Source: the human T2T-CHM13v2.0 reference genome, Homo sapiens. Taken from it: a stretch of 64,000 nucleotides of DNA. Both the position numbers and the translations under genes were made by a program. The stretch is from NCBI RefSeq assembly GCF_009914755.1, contig NC_060928.1; one strand, written 5' to 3'. Shown here one piece after another: positions 53,871 through 64,000 of the stretch. A model generated the notes under the pieces. The model was given only the letters and a program-made list of their open reading frames with translations. It was not told where the DNA came from and did not search any database. Numbering within the stretch: the stretch's first letter is position 1; the number at the start of each line of letters is the position of its first letter.

Positions 53871-55287
53871 TTAAGTAAATATTGAGAACGTGTACTAAGT
53901 ATTACAGCAATATTCAATTTTTATGCCATTTCCATTGTTCATCAAACATCGTAGAAGATTTAAGTCAGGCATAACATTTATTTTGACTCATCATTTCCTT
54001 AATATAGACCTGGTTTAGATTTTATTGTTTACAAGATATTTGAAATCAGAACTTTGTGAGCATATTCGTCCAGTTGTTACACATTTTCATGGCAAAAGTC
54101 TTTTCAACTTTCTGAGTAATAGTATTAAGCATTATGGTAAACAGTCAAAGGGTGCAAAACTATGCAAATGTCCCATTCTGAGTAGAGTGAAAAAGTTCGT
54201 GGTATAAATTAAGCAGATGTGTTATACTAATGAGAACAAAATTAGCCTTGACACATTTCTGGCAGGTCTAGAGAAATAGAAGATATGTTCTCTACCACAC
54301 ACGAAGTGTTGCATCAGGGTAACCAAGGATATCATTGTTGAGCCTAGAAAGTGCCAGGAATATGCTCTACTTGGACAAATCCTGCCTCCCAGTGGGACCA
54401 GCGTCAAAACCTCAGTGACTTTCCAGGTTGAACCAATTGAGAGATTTTGAAACTGTCTTGAAGATCAGACTGGAAACTTAGGCACCACCATTGAAGAACT
54501 TAAGAGGTGATAAATTCCACAGGGATGTGCATTTGGTGAAGACTGGCCACTTTAGTAAACACTAATCAGCTCTTATATATAGAAGTAGAAACCACAGAGA
54601 ACTCCAACTGCATTATCAGACAGAAAAAACAAAAAGCATTGAATGTTACTTTGATTTTGTCCACACTTTCTTTTCTTTCCCAATGGATAGAGTCATAGAA
54701 ATCATTCTAGAAAATAAAATGGGAAATGCAAATGTTTTCTAACTAGATGGCCTAATTTTGGAGTACTTCTAATTAACTGAACATTGGATGAAAGGGACTT
54801 GGGCTTTCTGTCTTCTTTAGTAAACTTTAGGGAGGTGGAACTTGTAAAATGTGGTGGGGAAAAGGTCTAAATTTCATCATTTCTCCTTAAATCTACAATT
54901 AAAAATATTGTATGTTCCCTAAAATTACACAGACCGATTTAATTTGGAAATTCTTATAATGGTATATTTTAGTTATTCTGAGAACATAATTACCTGCACT
55001 GAGTATATTTTTAAGGAAATGACTATTTCCCAAAAGTATTGGGTACAATAAGCTGCCATTCCGAGCCTCAGATACATTGGAACATGTTTTCATGCTACTA
55101 CTTTTGATAAAGCTGATTTGAATCCGAATAAATTGTCAATAAAGAGAACACAGACTTGTATGGGTTTTATTTTACATATTCTTACATGTAAAATGAGAAT
55201 TTTAAAAATTATTAAAAGGCAAGTCAAATGCCTGAGTTACTGATTATAATTAACAATTTTTGGAAGAAGAAATAAGAATGTAATCTC

Positions 55288-55587
<300 letters not shown>

Positions 55588-55750
55588 AAGAATGTAAATT
55601 TTTTAACGTAGAAGAAGGCATCAGCCTGATTCTGAAGAGCATATTGGTATTCACTGATTAGATTAGCAAACTTAACATCAACATTCCAAATCACTACTAA
55701 GTTATTTTCTTACAAAAGCCTTCCATTATTAACCTTAAAGGCCGAAGTAA

Positions 55751-56120
<370 letters not shown>

Positions 56121-56323
56121 TAGAAATTGTTTTTTTTTTTTTTTTTGGTGGCGGGGGCAGATAGGCTGCCAGGGTTTTTATGTTGCTTTATTAAAATCAT
56201 TTGTATACTGCTGAGGCTGGATTTTAAAGCTGTAATTCTGACCCATTTTCCTCTGCAGTTTGAAAGGAAACAAAACAAGAATGAAGTCTCAGCTGAAAAT
56301 TACTTTCAGTCTGATCCCTTGGG

Positions 56324-56375
56324 CCTTGGCCTCCCAAAGTGCTGGGATTACAGGCGTGAGCCCGGTCGCCTGGCC
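56324..56375 (-). mobile_element. Alu 5'-end remnant (~52 nt)
   Basis: ccttggcctcccaaagtgctgggattacaggcgtgagc...ggcc only. Confidence 0.88.
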
Positions 56376-56384
56376 TAGATTCTT

Positions 56385-57092
56385 TTTTAGCAGACAATGC
56401 ACCTATCACTCATTTGCTCTAGTATTGGCTGATAACAGCCCTTATTCTAATAGCCCCTTCCTTTAAAGAATTGCCCTTGGCAGGCCTGGCTCAGTGTCTC
56501 ACATCTGTAATCCCAGCACTTTGGGAGGCCGACGTGGGCGGATTACCTAAACTCAGTAGTTCAAGACCAGCTTGAGCAACATGGGGAAACACTGTCTCCA
56601 TAAACAATACAAAAACAAAAACAAAAACAAATTAGCCACACATGGTGGCCTGCGCCTGCGGTCTCAGCTACTTAGGAGGCTGAGGGGGCAGAATCGCTTG
56701 AGTCCAGGAGATCGAGGCTGCATTGAGCCAAGATCATGCCACAGCACTCTAGCCTAAGCTACAGAGCTAGATCCTGTTTTTTTTTTTTTTAAATTGCCCC
56801 TGGCAACACCTGCCTGCCAGGAAAGCACCAACCTAACCTCCACCCTGCATGGAGGTATAAAAGGCTGGCTCATAGCCTCAAGGTCAGTCTACTTCTCTGG
56901 TAGAATTTCTTTTCCCAAGGGATCAGAGTGAAAGTAATTTTCAGCTGAGACTTCATTCTTGTTTTGTTTCCTTTCCCCTGTATATCCAGCTTTCCTCACT
57001 CAATTTTTTCTGAAGTACGCCCTCAACAAGTCACATAAACCAGAATCTTCATCTCAGTCTTTGTTTCTAGGAAATAAGACCCAATATAAGAC
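56385..57092 (+). mobile_element. Old ERVL-type LTR (LTR40/41-like) interrupted by AluJ
   Basis: 3' end cctcaacaagtcacat...catctcagtctttgtttctagg...taagac. Confidence 0.5.
56483..56792 (+). mobile_element. AluJ ending in T14 instead of poly(A)
   Basis: Full dimer; TSD AATTGCCCYTGGCA. Confidence 0.9.
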
Positions 57093-57112
57093 GGTAAAGT
57101 CCAATCATGCAC

Positions 57113-57287
57113 TAAAGCTGTGTAGTCCAATGTGGTAGTCACGAGCCACCTGCAGCTATTAAATAAAATAAACTAAGAATTCAGTTTCTCAACCGCAGTA
57201 GTCACATTTCAAGTGCTAAAGAGTCACATGCAGACATCACAAATATAGAACATTCCACCATTGCAAAAGCTTCTATTGGATAGCACT
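57113..57287. mobile_element. MER3/MER33-like hAT-Charlie DNA transposon
   Basis: gtccaatgtggtagtcacgagccac...atagaacattccaccattgcaaaagcttctattggatagcact. Confidence 0.78.
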
Positions 57288-57374
57288 ACACTAAAGGCTC
57301 TGTGCCCTGAAATGTTTCCTCTATTTCTACTCCTCCCCCTTAAACTCTCCAAGAAGGGCATAGTTAGTGCACAA

Positions 57375-59565
57375 GTGTAGTTTGAGACTTCAACATTCCT
57401 CTCTCAGTAATTGATAGAGCAAGTAGATATAAATCAATACAGATAGAGAAGACTTGAAAAGTGCTATCAAACAATGTGACCTAAGATATAAATAGAATAT
57501 TCAACCTCTCATATCAGAATATATCACCTCAAGTGCACATGAAATGGTCATCAAAATATACAAATTTTAACCATGTAAAGTAATTGAAATCATCCAAGTA
57601 TATTCTTTGATAATCATGAAATAAAAAATGGAAAATAATCTGGAATATCTTCACAATTTGAAAGTTGAACAAGGCACTTCTAAAATATTTCGTGGTTCAA
57701 ATAGAAAGAAAAATTAGAAAATATTCTGAATTGAATGACAATGCAAGCACATTATGTGGGGTGCAGCTATAGCTACACTTAAAGGAAAACTCACAGCAGT
57801 AAGGGATATTTTAGAAAGGACCAAATTCTTTATATTGATGATATAAGTTTCACCTTAAGAGAGAAAAGAGTAATTTAATTCAAAGCAAGCAGAAGGAGAC
57901 AATAAAGAATAAAAAGAAAAAGGATAAATTAATGAAATTAAAATCAGAAAAACGCCAGAAAAAATGAATGAAACAAAAAACTGGTTCTTTACAAAAATCA
58001 ATGCAATTTATAGACAACTTTATGTCATAAATTGAAAATCTTTAGATAAATAGGCAAGTTCCTTAAAGGACACACACTACCAGTGCTCACTTAAAGAGAA
58101 ATAGATAACCTTAATTGTCCTATACCTATTAAAGAAATTGAATTTGTGGTTAAAACCTTCCAGCAAAAAAAAAATCTGTGGTTCACTAATAAATTCTACT
58201 TAACATTTAAGGAAGAAATAATGCTAATTCTATGCAAGCTCTTATAGAAAATAAAAAAAGAAGAGGCCAGGCATAGAGACTCATGCTTGTAATTCCAGCA
58301 CCTTGAGAGGCCAAGGTGGGAGGATTGCTTTAGCCCAGGAGTTTGAGACCAGGCTGGGCAACATAGAAAGACTCTTGTGTCTGCCAGGAATAAAAATAAT
58401 TAGCTGGGCTTGATGGTATGCGCCTGTGGTCCCAGCAGCTTGGGAGGCTGAAATGGGAGGATGGCTTGAGTCTGGGAGGGCAAGGCTGTGGTGAGCCGTG
58501 ATTGTGCCACTGCAGCTCAGCCTACGTGACAGAGTGAGACCAAGTCTCAAAAAAAAAAAAACAAAAGGAAAGAAGGAAGAGAGGGAGGGAGGGAGGGAAA
58601 CGAAAAAGAGGAAACTTTATCACTCATTCAATTAGGCTGGCATTACTGTATACCCAAACTAGCCAAAGTCATTAGAAGAAAACTTCATATCAAAACCCTA
58701 CATTTACATTGACAGTATAATCCTCCACTAAACATTAGCACACTGAGTGGAGTAATATGAAAAATGATAATATATCATGACCAAATTCAGTTTATTCTAG
58801 AAACACAAGTTTGGTTTGAAGTTTGAAAATGAATTGATATTATTCAACATATCATTCAACATAAAATACTAAAAAAGAAAAGTCATATAATCATCTCAAT
58901 AGATGCAGTAAAAATAATTGACATAATTGAATATTCACTCATGATCTAAACTCTCAATAAAGTAAGAATAAGCAGAAACTTCCTTACTGTGATAGAGGGC
59001 ATCTTTGAAAAACATTCATTTGCCGTCACATTTAATGGTGAAAGACTTTTCCCTTAAGACTGGGACAAAAGCAAAGCTGTTGGCTGTCACCTTTCCTATT
59101 CATCATTGTCCTAGTCAGTTCAATAAGGGAATAAAATAAAATAAAAAGCATTCAGACTGGAAATGAAGTTGTCTTCGTAAGTTATGTGATTGTGTCTGTA
59201 GAAAATTCCAAAGAATCTACAAAAAATGACTAAGACTAAAAAGTGAGGTTAGCAAGTTTACAGAACACAAGATTAATATAAAAATCAACTCCATGTCCAT
59301 ATATAAAAAATCACTAGCAATGAAGAATTGGAAACTGAAATAATAATAGTTCTATTATGTCTGTGGCCTGTATGTAGAAAACTAAAAAAATTGCTAATGA
59401 AGTGTATCAAAGAAGACCTAAATAAATGGAGAGATATACTGTGTTCTTATATTAGAATATTCAATATTATTAAGATATGAATTCTCCCTAATTTGATTTA
59501 TAGATTCTATGCAATCCCAATAAAAATTCTAGCAGAATTTTTAATAGAAATTTACAAAATAATTC
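57375..59565 (+). mobile_element. Ancient L1M ORF2 fragment interrupted by AluJ
   Basis: ctggttctttacaaaaatcaat, tcatctcaatagatgcag, atgcaatcccaataaaaatt. Confidence 0.82.
58265..58566 (+). mobile_element. AluJ
   Basis: Full dimer with A tail. Confidence 0.92.
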
Positions 59566-59679
59566 TTTTTCTCATTTACATTTACTCAATTTATTTATCT
59601 TTAATAGTTTATCTGTATTACTCATGAGAACCTAGACATTAGACAAAACTAATCAACCCAAGTTATTCTCCTGTTAACC

Positions 59680-64000
<4,321 letters not shown>

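Overview
Primate, almost certainly human, non-coding genomic DNA: it contains a near-consensus AluYb8, three HERV-K(HML-2) LTR5B-type LTRs and an L1PA4-like LINE. It is AT-rich and dominated by transposable elements. I found no recognisable host protein-coding exon, CpG island, rRNA/tRNA gene or CRISPR array, and I cannot name the locus. The ORFs in the supplied track are L1 ORF2 remnants, Alu/LTR read-throughs or chance ORFs. I cannot support a new biological system. The most unusual signals are: (1) three same-orientation LTR5B solo LTRs within 22 kb, each with its own target-site duplication (TSD), two of them sharing variants that the third lacks; (2) a 62-bp near-perfect inverted copy of nearby DNA sitting at the breakpoint of a truncated Alu; (3) a recurring set of fold-back palindromes, serial micro-duplications and microhomology junctions resembling template-switch or end-joining scars; (4) a few candidate small exons in the repeat-poor segments near 35-37 kb and 45 kb. 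Repeat subfamily names come from recall of consensus sequences rather than a database search, and boundaries of old elements are approximate.
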